From assembly GCA_964016885.1 (NCBI GenBank), contig OZ024744.1, positions 31,868,001 through 31,932,000 on the forward strand: DNA of 64,000 bases. Reading direction: 5' to 3'. The DNA comes from Eledone cirrhosa. Its lineage: Eukaryota. Of the stretch, positions 25,481 through 40,385 are shown piece by piece. Position numbers and translations under genes: made by a program. The notes below the pieces were generated by a model, which saw nothing but the letters and a program-made list of their open reading frames with translations, had not been told where the DNA came from and did not search any database. How positions within the stretch are numbered: position 1 is the stretch's first letter; each line of letters opens with the position of its first letter.

Positions 25481-28400
25481 TTATTAGTGGTCACTCCTCT
25501 CAAGACAGGCTTAACTTGTCATCAGTCAGTCATATTAGTGGTCACTCCTTTTAGGACGAGCTTAATTTGTCATTAATCAGTCATATTAGTGGTCAATCCT
25601 CTCAAGACTGGCTTAACATGTCATTAGTCAGTCTTATTAGTGTTCACTCCTCACAAGACAGACTTAACTTGTCCTTAGTCAGTCATATTAGTGGTCACTC
25701 CTCTCAAGACAGACTTAACTTGTCATCAGTCAGTGATATTTGTGGTCACTCCTCTCAAGACAGGCTTAACTTGTCCTTAGTCAGTCATATTAGTGGTCAA
25801 TCCTCTCAAGACAGGCTTCACTTGTTATAAGTCAGTCATATTAGTGGTCACTCCTCTCAAGAGAAGCTTAACTTGTCATCAGTCAGTCTTATTAGTGGTC
25901 ACTCCTCTCAAGACAGGCTTAACTTGTCCTTAGTCAGTCATATTAGTGGTCAATCCTCTCAAGACAGGCTTCACTTGTTATAAGTCAGTCATATTAGTGC
26001 TCACTCCTCCCAAGACAGGCTTAACATGTCATCAGTCAGTCTTATTAGTGGTCACTCCTCTCAAGACAGGCTTAACTTGTCATCAGTCAGTCTGATTAGT
26101 GCTCACTCCTCCCAAGACAGGCTTAACATGTCATCAGTCAGTCTTATTAGTGCTCACTCCTCTCAAGACAGGCTTAACTTGTCATCAGTCAGTCTTATTA
26201 GTGGTCACTCCTCTCAAGACAGGCTTAACTTGTCCTTAGTCAGTCATATTAGTGGTCACTCCTCTCAAGACAGGCTTAACTTGTCATTAGTCAGTCTTAT
26301 TAGTGATCACTCCCCTCAAGACAGGCTAAACTTGTCATCAGTCAGTCTTATTAGTGGTCACTCCTCTCAAGACGGGCTTAACTTGTCCTTAGTCAGTCAT
26401 ATTAGTGGTCACTCCTCTCAAGACAGGCTTAACTTGTCATTAGTCAGTCTTATTAGTGATCACTCCCCTCAAAACAGGCTTAACTTGTCATCAGTCAGTC
26501 TTATTAGTGGTCACTCCCCACAAGAGAGGCTTAACTTGTCATTAGTCAGTCTTATTAGTGGTTACTCCTCTCAAGACAGACTTAACTTGTCATCACTCAG
26601 TCTTATTAGTGGACACTCCTCTTACAGACGGGCTTAACTTGTCCTTAGTCAGTCATTTTAGTGGTCACTCCTCTCAAGACAGGCTTCACTTGTTATAAGT
26701 CAGTCATATTAGTGGTCACTCCTCACAGGACAGAATTAATTTGTCATTAGTCAGTCTTATTAGTGGTCACTCCTCTCAAGACAGGCTTAACTTGTCATTA
26801 GTCAGTCTTATTAGTGGTCACTCCCTACAAGAGAGGCTTAACTTGTCATCAGTCAGTCTGGTTAGTGGACACTCCTCTCAAGACAGGCTTAACTTGTCAT
26901 CAGTCAGTCTGGTTAGTGGTCACTCCTCTTAGGACGGGAGTAACTTGTCCTCAGTCAGTCATATTAGTGGTCACTCCTCTCAAGACAGACTTAACTTGTC
27001 ATCACTCAGTCTTATTAGTGGTCACTCCTCTCAAGACGGGCTTAACTTGTCCTTAGTCAGTCATATTAGTGGTCACTCCTGTCAAGACAGGCTTCACTTG
27101 TTATAAGTCAGTCATATTAGTGGTCACTTCTCACAGGACAGAATTAATTTGTCATTAGTCAGTCATATTAGTGGTCACTCCTCTTAGGACGGGCTTAACT
27201 TGTCATTAGTCAGTCATATTAGTGGTCACTCCTCACAGGACGGGCTTCACTTGACATCATTCAGTATGGTTAGTGGTCACTCCTCTTAGGACGGGAGTGA
27301 CTTGGCGTCAGTCAGTCTTATTAGTGGTCACTCCTGTTAGGACGGGCTTAATTTGTCATCAATCTGTCATATTATTGTCAATCCTCTCAAGACAGGCTTA
27401 ACTTGTCATTAGTCAGTCACATTAGTAGTCACTCCTCTTAGGACAGGCTTAACTTGTCATTAGTCAGTCATATTAGTGGTCACTCATCTCAAGACAGGCT
27501 TAACTTGTCATCAGTCAGTCTGGTTAGTGGTCACTCCTCTCAAGACTGGCTTAAGATGTCATTAGTCAGTCTTATTGATGGTCAATCCTCTCAAAACAGG
27601 CTTAACTTGTCGTCAGTCAGTCTTATTAGTGGTCACTCCTCTCAGGACAGACTTAACTTGTCATTAGTCAGTCTTATTAGTGGTCACTCCTCTCAAGACT
27701 GGCTTAACCTGTCATTAGTCAGTCTTATTAGTGGTCACTCCTGTTAGGACGGGCTTAATTTGTCATTAGTCAGTCTTATTAGTGGTCACTCCTCTCAAGA
27801 CAGGCTTAAGTTGTCCTCAATCAGTCTTATTAGTGGTCACTCCTCTGAAGACAGGCTTAACTTGTCCTCAATCAGTCTTATTAGTGGTCACTCCTCTCAA
27901 GACAGGCTTAACTTGTCATCAGTCAGTCTTATTAGTGGTCACTCCTCTCAAGACTGGCTTAACCTGTCATTAGTCAGTCTTATTAGTGGTCACTCCTCTC
28001 AAGAGTGGCTTAACTTGTCATTAGACAGTCTTATTAGTGGTCACTCCTCTCAAGAGAGGCTTAACTTGTCATCAGTCAGTCACATTAGTGCTCACTCCTC
28101 TCAAGACGAACTTAACTTGTTATCAGTTAGTCTTATTGGTGGTCACTCTTTTCAGGACGGACTTAACTTGTCATCTGTCAGTCTGATTAGTGGTCACTCC
28201 TCTCAAGACAGGCTTAACTTGTCATCAGTCAGTCATATTAGTGGTCACTCCCCTCAAGACAGGCTTAACTTGTCATCAGTCAGTCATATTAGTGGTCACT
28301 CCTCTCAAGACAGGCTTAACTTGTCATCTGTCAGTCTGATTAGTGGTCACTCCTCTCAAGACAGGCTTAACTTGTCATCAATCAGTCATATTAGTGGTCA

Positions 28401-31400
28401 CTCCCCTCAAGACAGGCTTAACTTGTCATCAGTCAGTCATATTAGTGGTCACTCCTCTCAAGACAGACTTAACTTGGCACCAGTCAGTCTGGTTAGTGGT
28501 CACACCTCTTAGGTCGGGCTTAATTTGTCATTAATCTGTCATATTAGTGGTCACTCCTCTCAAAACAGGCTTAACTTGTCATCAGTCAGTCATATTAATG
28601 GTCACACCTCTCAAGACAGGCTTAAATTGTCATCAGTCAGTCTTATTAGTGGACACTCCTGTCAAGACAGGCTTAACTTGTCATCAGTCAGTCTTATTAG
28701 TGGACACTCCTCTCAAGACAGGCTTAACCTGTCATTAGTCAGTCTTATTAGTGGTCACTCCTCTCAAGACAGGCTTAACCTGTCATCAGTCAGTCTGGTT
28801 AGTGGTCACTCCTCTCAAGACAGGCTTAAGTTGTCATTAGTCAGTCATATTAGTGGTCTCTCTTCTCAAGACATGCTAAACTTGTCATCAGTCAGTCTTA
28901 TTGGTGGTCACTCCTCTCAAGACAGGCTTAAATTGTTGTCAGTCAGTCTTATTAGTGGTCACTCCTCTCAAGACAGGCTTCACTTGTTATAAGTCAGTCT
29001 TATTAGTGGTCACTCCTCTCAAGACTGGCTTAACCTGTCATCAGTCAGTCACATTAGTGCTCACTCCTTTCAAGACGAACATAACTTGTTATCAGTTAGT
29101 CTTATTGGTGGTCACTCTTTTCAGGACGGACTTAACTTGTCATCTGTCAGTCTGATTAGTGGTCACTCCTCTCAAGACAGGCTTAACTTGTCATCAGTCA
29201 GTCATATTAGTGGTCACTCCCCTCAGGACAGGCTTAACTTGTCATCAGTCAGTCATATTAGTGGTCACTCCTCTCAAGACAGGCTTAACTTGTCATCTGT
29301 CAGTCTGATTAGTGGTCACTCCTCTAAAGACAGGCTTAACTTGTCATCAATCAGTCATATTAGTGGTCACTCCCCTCAAGACAGGCTTAACTTGTCATCA
29401 GTCAGTCATATTAGTGGTCACTCCTCTCAAGACAGACTTAACTTGGCACCAGTCAGTCTGGTTAGTGGTCACACCTCTTAGGACGGGCTTAATTTGTCAT
29501 TAATCTGTCATATTAGTGGTCACTCCTCTCAAAACAGGCTTAACTTGTCATCAGTCAGTCATATTAATGGTCACACCTCTCAAGACAGGCTTAAATTGTC
29601 ATCAGTCAGTCTTATTAGTGGACACTCCTGTCAAGACAGGCTTAACTTGTCATCAGTCAGTCTTATTAGTGGACACTCCTCTCAAGACAGGCTTAACCTG
29701 TCATTAGTCAGTCTTATTAGTGGTCACTCCTCTCAAGACAGGCTTAACCTGTCATCAGTCAGTCTGGTTAGTGGTCACTCCTCTCAAGACAGGCTTAAGT
29801 TGTCATTAGTCAGTCATATTAGTGGTCTCTCTTCTCAAGACATGCTAAACTTGTCATCAGTCAGTCTTATTGGTGGTCACTCCTCTCAAGACAGGCTTAA
29901 ATTGTTGTCAGTCAGTCTTATTAGTGGTCACTCCTCTCAAGACAGGCTTCACTTGTTATAAGTCAGTCTTATTAGTGGTCACTCCTCTCAAGACTGGCTT
30001 AACCTGTCATCAGTCAGTCACATTAGTGCTCACTCCTCTCCAGACGAACATAACTTGTTATCAGTTAGTCTTATTGGTGGTCACTCTTTTCAGGACGGAC
30101 TTAACTTGTCATCTGTCAGTCTGATTAGTGGTCACTCCTCTCAAGACAGGCTTAACTTGTCATCAGTCAGTCATATTAGTGGTCACTCCCCTCAGGACAG
30201 GCTTAACTTGTCATCAGTCAGTCATATTAGTGGTCACTCCTCTCAAGACTGGCTTAAGTTGTCATTAGTCAGTCATATTAGTGGTTACTCCTCTCAAGAC
30301 AGACTTAACTTGGCACCAGTCAGTCTGGTTAGTGGTCACTCCTCTTAGGACGGGCTTAATTTGTCATTAATCTGTCATATTAGTGGTCACTCCTCTCAAG
30401 ACAGGCTTAACTTGTCATCAGTCAGTGATATTAATGGTCACTCATCTCAAGACAGGCTTAACTTGTCATTAATCTGTCATATTAGTGGTCACTCCTCTCA
30501 AGAGAGGCTTAACTTGTCATCAGTCAGTCTGGTTAGTGGACACTCCTCTCAAGACAGGCTTAACTTGTCATCAGTCAGTCTGGTTAGTGGTCACTCCTCT
30601 TAGGACGGGAGTAACTTGTCCTCAGTCAGTCATATTAGTGGTCACTCCTCTAAAGACAGACTTAACTTGTCATCACTCAGTCTTATTAGTGGTCACTCCT
30701 CTCAAGACGGGCTTAACTTGTCCTTAATCAGTCATATTAGTGGTCACTCCTCACAGGACGGAATTAATCTGTCATTAGTCAGTCATATTAGTGGTCACTC
30801 CTCACAGGACGGGCTTCACTTGACATCATTCAGTCTGGTTAGTGGTCACTCCTCTTAGGACGGGAGTAACTTGGCGTCAGTCAGTCTTATTAGTGGTCAC
30901 TCCTGTTAGGACGGGCTTAATTTGTCATCAATCTGTCATATTATTGTCAATCCTCTCAAGACAGGCTTAACTTGTCATTAGTCAGTCACATTAGTGGTCA
31001 CTCCTCTTAGGACAGGCTTAACTTGTCATTAGTCAGTCATATTAGTGGTCACTCATCTCAAGACAGGCTTAACTTGTCATCAGTCAGTCTGGTTAGTGGT
31101 CACTCCTCTCAAGACTGGCTTAAGATGTCATTAGTCAGTCTTATCGATGGTCACTCCTCTCAAGACAGGCTTAACTTGTCGTCAGTCAGTCTTATTAGTG
31201 GTCACTCCTCTCAGGACAGACTTAACTTGTCACTAGTCAGTCTTATTAGTGGTCACTCCTCTCAAGACAGGCTTAACTTGTCATCAGTCAGTCTTATTGG
31301 TGGTCACTCCTCTCAAGACTGGCTTAACCTGTCATTAGTCAGTCTTATTAGTGGTTACTCCTCTCAAGAGTGGCTTAACTTGTCATTAGACAGTCTTATT

Positions 31401-34400
31401 AGTGGTCACTCCTCTCAAGAGAGGCTTAACTTGTCATCAGTCAGTCACATTAGTGCTCACTCCTCTCAAGATGAACTTAATTTGTTATCAGTTAGTCTTA
31501 TTGGTGGTCACTCTTCTCAGGACGGTCTTAACTTGTCATCTTTCAGTCTGATTAGTGGTCACTCCTCTCAAGACAGGCTTAACTTGTCATCAGTCAGTCA
31601 TATTAGTGGTCACTCCCCTCAAGACAGGCTTAACTTGTCATCAGTCAGTCATATTAGTGGTCACTCCTCTCAAGACAGACTTAACTTGTCATCACTCAGT
31701 CTTATTAGTGGTCACTCCTCTCAAGACGGGCTTAACTTGTCCTTAGTCAGTCATATTAGTGGTCACTCCTGTCAAGACAGGCTTCACTTGTTATAAGTCA
31801 GTCATATTAGTGGTCACTTCTCACAGGACAGAATTAATTTGTCATTAGTCAGTCATATTAGTGGTCACTCCTCTTAGGACGGGCTTAACTTGTCATTAGT
31901 CAGTCATATTAGTGGTCACTCCCCACAGGACGGGCTTCACTTGACATAATTCAGTCTGGTTAGTGGTCACTCCTCTTAGGACGGGAGTGACTTGGCGTCA
32001 GTCAGTCTTATTAGTGGTCACTCCTGTTAGGACGGGCTTAATTTGTCATCAATCTGTCATATTATTGTCAATCCTCTCAAGACAGGCATAACTTGTCATT
32101 AGTCAGTCACATTAGTAGTCACTCCTCTTAGGACAGGCTTAACTTGTCATTAGTCAGTCATATTAGTGGTCACTCATCTCAAGACAGGCTTAACTTGTCA
32201 TCAGTCAGTCTGGTTAGTGGTCACTCCTCTCAAGACTGGCTTAAGATGTCATTAGTCAGTTTTATTGATGGTCAATCCTCTCAAAACAGGCTTAACTTGT
32301 CGTCAGTCAGTCTTATTAGTGGTCACTCCTCTCAGGACAGACTTAACTTGTCATTAGTCAGTCTTATTAGTGGTCACTCCTCTCAAGACTGGCTTAACCT
32401 GTCATTAGTCAGTCTTATTAGTGGTCACTCCTGTTAGGACGGGCTTAATTTGTCATTAGTCAGTCTTATTAGTGGTCACTCCTCTCAAGACAGGCTTAAG
32501 TTGTCCTCAATCAGTCTTATTAGTGGTCACTCCTCTGAAGACAGGCTTAACTTGTCCTCAATCAGTCTTATTAGTGGTCACTCCTCTCAAGACAGGCTTA
32601 ACTTGTCATCAGTCAGTCTTATTAGTGGTCACTCCTCTCAAGACTGGCTTAACCTGTCATTAGTCAGTCTTATTAGTGGTCACTCCTCTCAAGAGTGGCT
32701 TAACTTGTCATTAGACAGTCTTATTAGTGGTCACTCCTCTCAAGAGAGGCTTAACTTGTCATCAGTCAGTCACATTAGTGCTCACTCCTCTCAAGACGAA
32801 CTTAACTTGTTATCAGTTAGTCTTATTGGTGGTCACTCTTTTCAGGACGGACTTAACTTGTCATCAGTCAGTCTTATTGGTGGTCACTCCTCTCAAGACA
32901 GGCTTAAATTGTTGTCAGTCAGTCTTATTAGTGGTCACTCCTCTCAAGACAGGCTTCACTTGTTATAAGTCAGTCTTATTAGTGGTCACTCCTCTCAAGA
33001 CTGGCTTAACCTGTCATCAGTCAGTCACATTAGTGCTCACTCCTCTCAAGACGAACATAACTTGTTATCAGTTAGTCTTATTGGTGGTCACTCTTTTCAG
33101 GACGGACTTAACTTGTCATCTGTCAGTCTGATTAGTGGTCACTCCTCTCAAGACAGGCTTAACTTGTCATCAGTCAGTCATATTAGTGGTCACTCCCCTC
33201 AGGACAGGCTTAACTTGTCATCAGTCAGTCATATTAGTGGTCACTCCTCTCAAGACAGGCTTAACTTGTCATCTGTCAGTCTGATTAGTGGTCACTCCTC
33301 TCAAGACAGGCTTAACTTGTCATCAATCAGTCATATTAATGGTCACACCTCTCAAGACAGGCTTAAATTGTCATCAGTCAGTCTTATTAGTGGACACTCC
33401 TGTCAAGACAGGCTTAACTTGTCATCAGTCAGTCTTATTAGTGGACACTCCTCTCAAGACAGGCTTAACCTGTCATTAGTCAGTCTTATTACTGGTCACT
33501 CCTCTCAAGACAGGCTTAACCTGTCATCAGTCAGTCTGGTTAGTGGTCACTCCTCTCAAGACAGGCTTAAGTTGTCATTAGTCAGTCATATTAGTGGTCT
33601 CTCTTCTCAAGACATGCTAAACTTGTCATCAGTCAGTCTTATTGGTGGTCACTCCTCTCAAGACAGGCTTAAATTGTTGTCAGTCAGTCTTATTAGTGGT
33701 CACTCCTCTCAAGACAGGCTTCACTTGTTATAAGTCAGTCTTATTAGTGGTCACTCCTCTCAAGACTGGCTTAACCTGTCATCAGTCAGTCACATTAGTG
33801 CTCACTCCTCTCAAGACGAACATAACTTGTTATCAGTTAGTCTTATTGGTGGTCACTCTTTTCAGGACGGACTTAACTTGTCATCTGTCAGTCTGATTAG
33901 TGGTCACTCCTCTCAAGACAGGCTTAACTTGTCATCAGTCAGTCATATTAGTGGTCACTCCCCTCAGGACAGGCTTAACTTGTCATCAGTCAGTCATATT
34001 AGTGGTCACTCCTCTCAAGACAGGCTTAACTTGTCATCTGTCAGTCTGATTAGTGGTCACTCCTCTCAAGACAGGCTTAACTTGTCATCAATCAGTCATA
34101 TTAATGGTCACACCTCTCAAGACAGGCTTAAATTGTCATCAGTCAGTCTTATTAGTGGACACTCCTGTCAAGACAGGCTTAACTTGTCATCAGTCAGTCT
34201 TATTAGTGGACACTCCTCTCAAGACAGGCTTAACCTGTCATTAGTCAGTCTTATTACTGGTCACTCCTCTCAAGACAGGCTTAACCTGTCATCAGTCAGT
34301 CTGGTTAGTGGTCACTCCTCTCAAGACAGGCTTAAGTTGTCATTAGTCAGTCATATTAGTGGTCTCTCTTCTCAAGACATGCTAAACTTGTCATCAGTCA

Positions 34401-37400
34401 GTCTTATTGGTGGTCACTCCTCTCAAGACAGGCTTAAATTGTTGTCAGTCAGTCTTATTAGTGGTCACTCCTCTCAAGACAGGCTTCACTTGTTATAAGT
34501 CAGTCTTATTAGTGGTCACTCCTCTCAAGACTGGCTTAACCTGTCATCAGTCAGTCACATTAGTGCTCACTCCTCTCAAGACGAACATAACTTGTTATCA
34601 GTTAGTCTTATTGGTGGTCACTCTTTTCAGGACGGACTTAACTTGTCATCTGTCAGTCTGATTAGTGGTCACTCCTCTCAAGACAGGCTTAACTTGTCAT
34701 CAGTCAGTCATATTAGTGGTCACTCCCCTCAGGACAGGCTTAACTTGTCATCAGTCAGTCATATTAGTGGTCACTCCTCTCAAGACAGGCTTAACTTGTC
34801 ATCTGTCAGTCTGATTAGTGGTCACTCCTCTAAAGACAGGCTTAACTTGTCATCAATCAGTCATATTAGTGGTCACTCCCCTCAAGACAGGCTTAACTTG
34901 TCATCAGTCAGTCATATTAGTGGTCACTCCTCTCAAGACAGACTTAACTTGGCACCAGTCAGTCTGGTTAGTGGTCACACCTCTTAGGACGGGCTTAATT
35001 TGTCATTAATCTGTCATATTAGTGGTCACTCCTCTCAAAACAGGCTTAACTTGTCATCAGTCAGTCATATTAATGGTCACACCTCTCAAGACAGGCTTAA
35101 ATTGTCATCAGTCAGTCTTATTAGTGGACACTCCTGTCAAGACAGGCTTAACTTGTCATCAGTCAGTCTTATTAGTGGACACTCCTCTCAAGACAGGCTT
35201 AACCTGTCATTAGTCAGTCTTATTAGTGGTCACTCCTCTCAAGACAGGCTTAACCTGTCATCAGTCAGTCTGGTTAGTGGTCACTCCTCTCAAGACAGGC
35301 TTAAGTTGTCATTAGTCAGTCATATTAGTGGTCTCTCTTCTCAAGACATGCTAAACTTGTCATCAGTCAGTCTTATTGGTGGTCACTCCTCTCAAGACAG
35401 GCTTAAATTGTTGTCAGTCAGTCTTATTAGTGGTCACTCCTCTCAAGACAGGCTTCACTTGTTATAAGTCAGTCTTATTAGTGGTCACTCCTCTCAAGAC
35501 TGGCTTAACCTGTCATCAGTCAGTCACATTAGTGCTCACTCCTCTCCAGACGAACATAACTTGTTATCAGTTAGTCTTATTGGTGGTCACTCTTTTCAGG
35601 ACGGACTTAACTTGACATCTGTCAGTCTGATTAGTGGTCACTCCTCTCAAGACAGGCTTAACTTGTCATCAGTCAGTCATATTAGTGGTCACTCCCCTCA
35701 GGACAGGCTTAACTTGTCATCAGTCAGTCATATTAGTGGTCACTCCTCTCAAGACTGGCTTAAGTTGTCATTAGTCAGTCATATTAGTGGTTACTCCTCT
35801 CAAGACAGACTTAACTTGGCACCAGTCAGTCTGGTTAGTGGTCACTCCTCTTAGGACGGGCTTAATTTGTCATTAATCTGTCATATTAGTGGTCACTCCT
35901 CTCAAGACAGGCTTAACTTGTCATCAGTCAGTGATATTAATGGTCACTCATCTCAAGACAGGCTTAACTTGTCATTAATCTGTCATATTAGTGGTCACTC
36001 CTCTCAAGAGAGGCTTAACTTGTCATCAGTCAGTCTGGTTAGTGGACACTCCTCTCAAGACAGGCTTAACTTGTCATCAGTCAGTCTGGTTAGTGGTCAC
36101 TCCTCTTAGGACGGGAGTAACTTGTCCTCAGTCAGTCATATTAGTGGTCACTCCTCTAAAGACAGACTTAACTTGTCATCACTCAGTCTTATTAGTGGTC
36201 ACTCCTCTCAAGACGGGCTTAACTTGTCCTTAATCAGTCATATTAGTGGTCACTCCTCACAGGACGGAATTAATCTGTCATTAGTCAGTCATATTAGTGG
36301 TCACTCCTCACAGGACGGGCTTCACTTGACATCATTCAGTCTGGTTAGTGGTCACTCCTCTTAGGACGGGAGTAACTTGGCGTCAGTCAGTCTTATTAGT
36401 GGTCACTCCTGTTAGGACGGGCTTAATTTGTCATCAATCTGTCATATTATTGTCAATCCTCTCAAGACAGGCTTAACTTGTCATTAGTCAGTCACATTAG
36501 TGGTCACTCCTCTTAGGACAGGCTTAACTTGTCATTAGTCAGTCATATTAGTGGTCACTCATCTCAAGACAGGCTTAACTTGTCATCAGTCAGTCTGGTT
36601 AGTGGTCACTCCTCTCAAGACTGGCTTAAGATGTCATTAGTCAGTCTTATCGATGGTCACTCCTCTCAAGACAGGCTTAACTTGTCGTCAGTCAGTCTTA
36701 TTAGTGATCACTCCTCTCAGGACAGACTTAACTTGTCACTAGTCAGTCTTATTAGTGGTCACTCCTCTCAAGACAGGCTTAACTTGTCATCAGTCAGTCT
36801 TATTGGTGGTCACTCCTCTCAAGACTGGCTTAACCTGTCATTAGTCAGTCTTATTAGTGGTTACTCCTCTCAAGAGTGGCTTAACTTGTCATTAGACAGT
36901 CTTATTAGTGGTCACTCCTCTCAAGAGAGGCTTAACTTGTCATCAGTCAGTCACATTAGTGCTCACTCCTCTCAAGATGAACTTAATTTGTTATCAGTTA
37001 GTCTTATTGGTGGTCACTCTTCTCAGGACGGTCTTAACTTGTCATCTTTCAGTCTGATTAGTGGTCACTCCTCTCAAGACAGGCTTAACTTGTCATCAGT
37101 CAGTCATATTAGTGGTCACTCCCCTCAAGACAGGCTTAACTTGTCATCAGTCAGTCATATTAGTGGTCACTCCTCTCAAGACTAGCTTAAGTTGTCATTA
37201 GTCAGTCATATTAGTGGTCACTCCTCTCAAGACAGATTTAACTTGGCATCAGTCAGTCTGGTTAGTGGTCACTCCTCTTAGGACGGGCTTAATTTGTCAT
37301 TAATCTGTCATATTAGTGGTCACTCCTCTCAAAACAGGCTTAACTTGTCATCAGTCAGTTTTATTGATGGTCACTCCTCTCAAGACAGGCTTAACCTGTC

Positions 37401-40023
37401 ATTAGTCAGTCTTATTGATGGTCACTCCCCTCAAGACAGGCTTAATTTGTCATCAGTCAGTCCTATTCGTGGTCACTCCTGTTAGGACGGGCTTAACTTG
37501 TCATCAGTCAGTCTTATTAGTGGTCACTCCCCTCAAGACAGGCTTAACTTGTCATCAGGCAGTCATATTAGTGGTCACTCCTCTTAGGACGGGCTTAAAT
37601 TGTCATCAGTCAGTCTTATTAGTTGTCACTCTTCTCAAGACATGCTTAACTTGTCATCAGTCAGTCTTATTGGTGGTCACTCCTCTCAAGACAGGCTTCA
37701 CTTGTTATAAGTCAGTCATATTAGTGGTCACTCCTCTCAAGACAGGCTTCACTTGTTATAAGTCAGTCTTATTAGTGGTCACTCCTCTCAAGACAGGCTT
37801 CACTTGTTATAAGTCAGTCATATTAGTGGTCACTCCTCTCAAGACAGGCTTCACTTGTTATAAGTCAGTCTTATTAGTGGTCACTCCTCTCAAGACTGGC
37901 TTAACCTGTCATTAGTCAGTCTTATTAGTGGTCACTCCTGTTAGGACGGGCTTAATTTGTCATTAGTCAGTCTTATTAGTGGTCACTTCTCTCAAGACAG
38001 GCTTAACTTGTCCTCAATCAGTCTTATTAGTGGTCACTCCTCTCAAGACAGGCTTAACTTGTCCTCAATCAGTCTTATTAGTGGTCACTCCTCTCAAGAC
38101 AGGCTTAACTTGTCATCAGTCAGTCTTATTAGTGGTCACTCCTCTCAAGACTGGCTTAACTTGTCATTAGACAGTCTTATTAGTGGTCACTCCTCTCAAG
38201 AGAAGCTTTACTTGTCATCAGTCAGTCACATTAGTGCTCATTCCTCTCAAGACGAACTTAACTTGTTATCAGTTAGTCGTATTGGTGGTCACTCTTTTCA
38301 GGACGGATTTAACTTGTCATCTGTCAGTCTGATTAGTGGTCACTCCTCTCAAGACAGGCTTAACTTGTCATCAGTCAGTCATATTAGTGGTCACTCCCCT
38401 CAAGACAGGCTTAAGTTGTCATTAGTCAGTCATATTAGTGGTTACTCCTCTCAAGACAGACTTAACTTGGCACCAGTCAGTCTGGTTAGTGGTCACTCCT
38501 CTTAGGACGGGCTTAATTTGTCATTAATCTGTCATATTAGTGGTCACTCCTCTCAAGAGAGGCTTAACTTGTTATCAGTCAGTCTGGTTAGTGGACACTC
38601 CTCTCAAGACAGGCTTAACTTGTCATCAGTCAGTCATATTAGTGGTCACTCCCCTCAAGACAGGCTTAACTTGTCATCAGTCAGTCATATTAGTGGTCAC
38701 TCCTCTCAAGACTGGCTTAAGTTGTCATTAGTCAGACATATTAGTGGTCACTCCTCTCAAGACAGACTTAACTTGGTATCAGTCAGTCTGGTTAGTGAAC
38801 ACTCCGATCAAGACTGGCTTAACTTGTCATCAGTCAGTCTTATTAGTGGACACTCCTCTCAAGACAGGCTTAACTTGTCATCAGTCAGTCTTATTAGTGG
38901 GCACTCCTCTCAAGACAGGCTTAACTTGTCATCAGTCAGTCTTATTAGTGGACACTCCTCTCAAGACAGGCTTAAGATGTCATCAGTCAGTCTTATTGAT
39001 GGTCACTCCTCTCAAGACAGGCTTAACCTGTCATTAGTCAGTCTTATTGATGGTCACTCCCCTCAAGACAGGCTTAATTTGTCATCAGTCAGTCCTATTC
39101 GTGGTCACGCCTGTTAGGACGGGCTTAACTTGTCATCAGTCAGTCTTATTAGTGGTCACTCCCCTCAAGACAGGCTTAACTTGTCATCAGTCAGTCATAT
39201 TAGTGGTCACTCCTCTTAGGACGGGCTTAAATTGTCATCAGTCAGTCATATTAGTGGTCACTCTTCTCAAGACATGCTTAACTTGTCATCAGTCAGTCTT
39301 ATTGGTGGTCACTCCTCTCAAGACAGGCTTAAATTGTTGTCAGTCAGTCTTATTAGTGGTCACTCCTCACAGGACGGGCTTAACTTGTCATTAGTCCGTC
39401 ATATTAGTGGTCCCTTTTCTCAAGACAGGCTTAACCTGTCATCTGTCAGTCTTATTAGTGGTCACTCCTCTCAAGACTGGCTTAATCTGTCATTAGTCAG
39501 TCTTATTAGTGGTCACTCCCCTCAAGACAGGCTTAATTTGTCATCAGTCTGTCCTATTCGTGGTCACTCCTGTTAGGACGGGCTTAACTTGTCATCAGTC
39601 AGTCTTATTAGTGGTCACTCCCCTCAAGACAGGCTTAAGTTGTCATCAGTCAGTCATATTAGTAGTCACTCCTCTCAAGACAGGCTTAACTTGTCATCAG
39701 TCAGTCTTATTAGTGGTCACTTCTCTCAAGACAGGCTTAACTTGTCATCAGTCAGTCATATTAATGGTCACTCCTCTTAGGACGGGCTTAACTTGTCATT
39801 AGTCAGTCACATTAGTGCTCACTCCTCTCAAGGCAGGCTTAACTTGTCGTCAGTCAGTCATATTAGTGGTCACTCCTCTCTGGTCAGACTTAACTTGTCG
39901 TCAGTCAGTCTTATTAGTGGGCACTCCTCTCTGGTCAGACTTAACTTGTCGTCAGTCAGTCTTATTAGTGGTCACTCCTCTCAAGACAGGCTTAACTTGT
40001 CATCAGTCAGTCTGGTTAGTGGT
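25481..40023. repeat. 51-bp satellite, ~285 units (consensus TTATTAGTGGTCACTCCTCTCAAGACAGGCTTAACTTGTCATCAGTCAGTC), with higher-order repeats
   Basis: 17-aa periodicity in ORF track; near-identical ORF blocks recur at offsets 765, 969 and 5506 bp. Confidence 0.97.
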
Positions 40024-40194
40024 TGACGTCCAGAAGACCGTCTAGTGGTGATGCTGACGACATGGCTCTCACTCCTGTCATGGTAAAAAAAACAAAAACG
40101 AGGTAAACTGATTGCAAAGTTTAAGATGTTGATTTCATGCTTACAGTCTTTTGGTTCTGGAGGGGTGGTGGATATTCGTGTGAAGCACATTTTA

Positions 40195-40385
40195 TGGAGT
40201 TCAATTTTTCAAGAGTGGAATTTTTTCAGAGTGGAATTTCCAAGGTGGAGTTTTCAGGGAAGTATTTCGCGGGTGGGGTTTTCAGGGAAGTATTTCCAGG
40301 GTGGAGTTTTCATGGAAATATTTCTAGGGTGGAGTTTTCAGGGAAGTATTTGCAGGGTGGAATTTTCTTGGTGGAATTTCCTCAA
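40195..40385. repeat. Degenerate ~28-bp minisatellite (AGGGTGGAGTTTTCAGGGAAGTATTTCC)
   Basis: Several diverged units visible. Confidence 0.7.

Noticed and set aside
25481-40023. CRISPR-like array
   Set aside because: Contiguous tandem units without unique spacers; eukaryotic context; no cas genes
25567-40045. Repetitive protein (SGHSSQDRLNLSSVSLI)n
   Set aside because: Unit length is a multiple of 3 so frames stay open by chance; recurrent TAG/TAA variants and 1-bp indels are copied through the HORs
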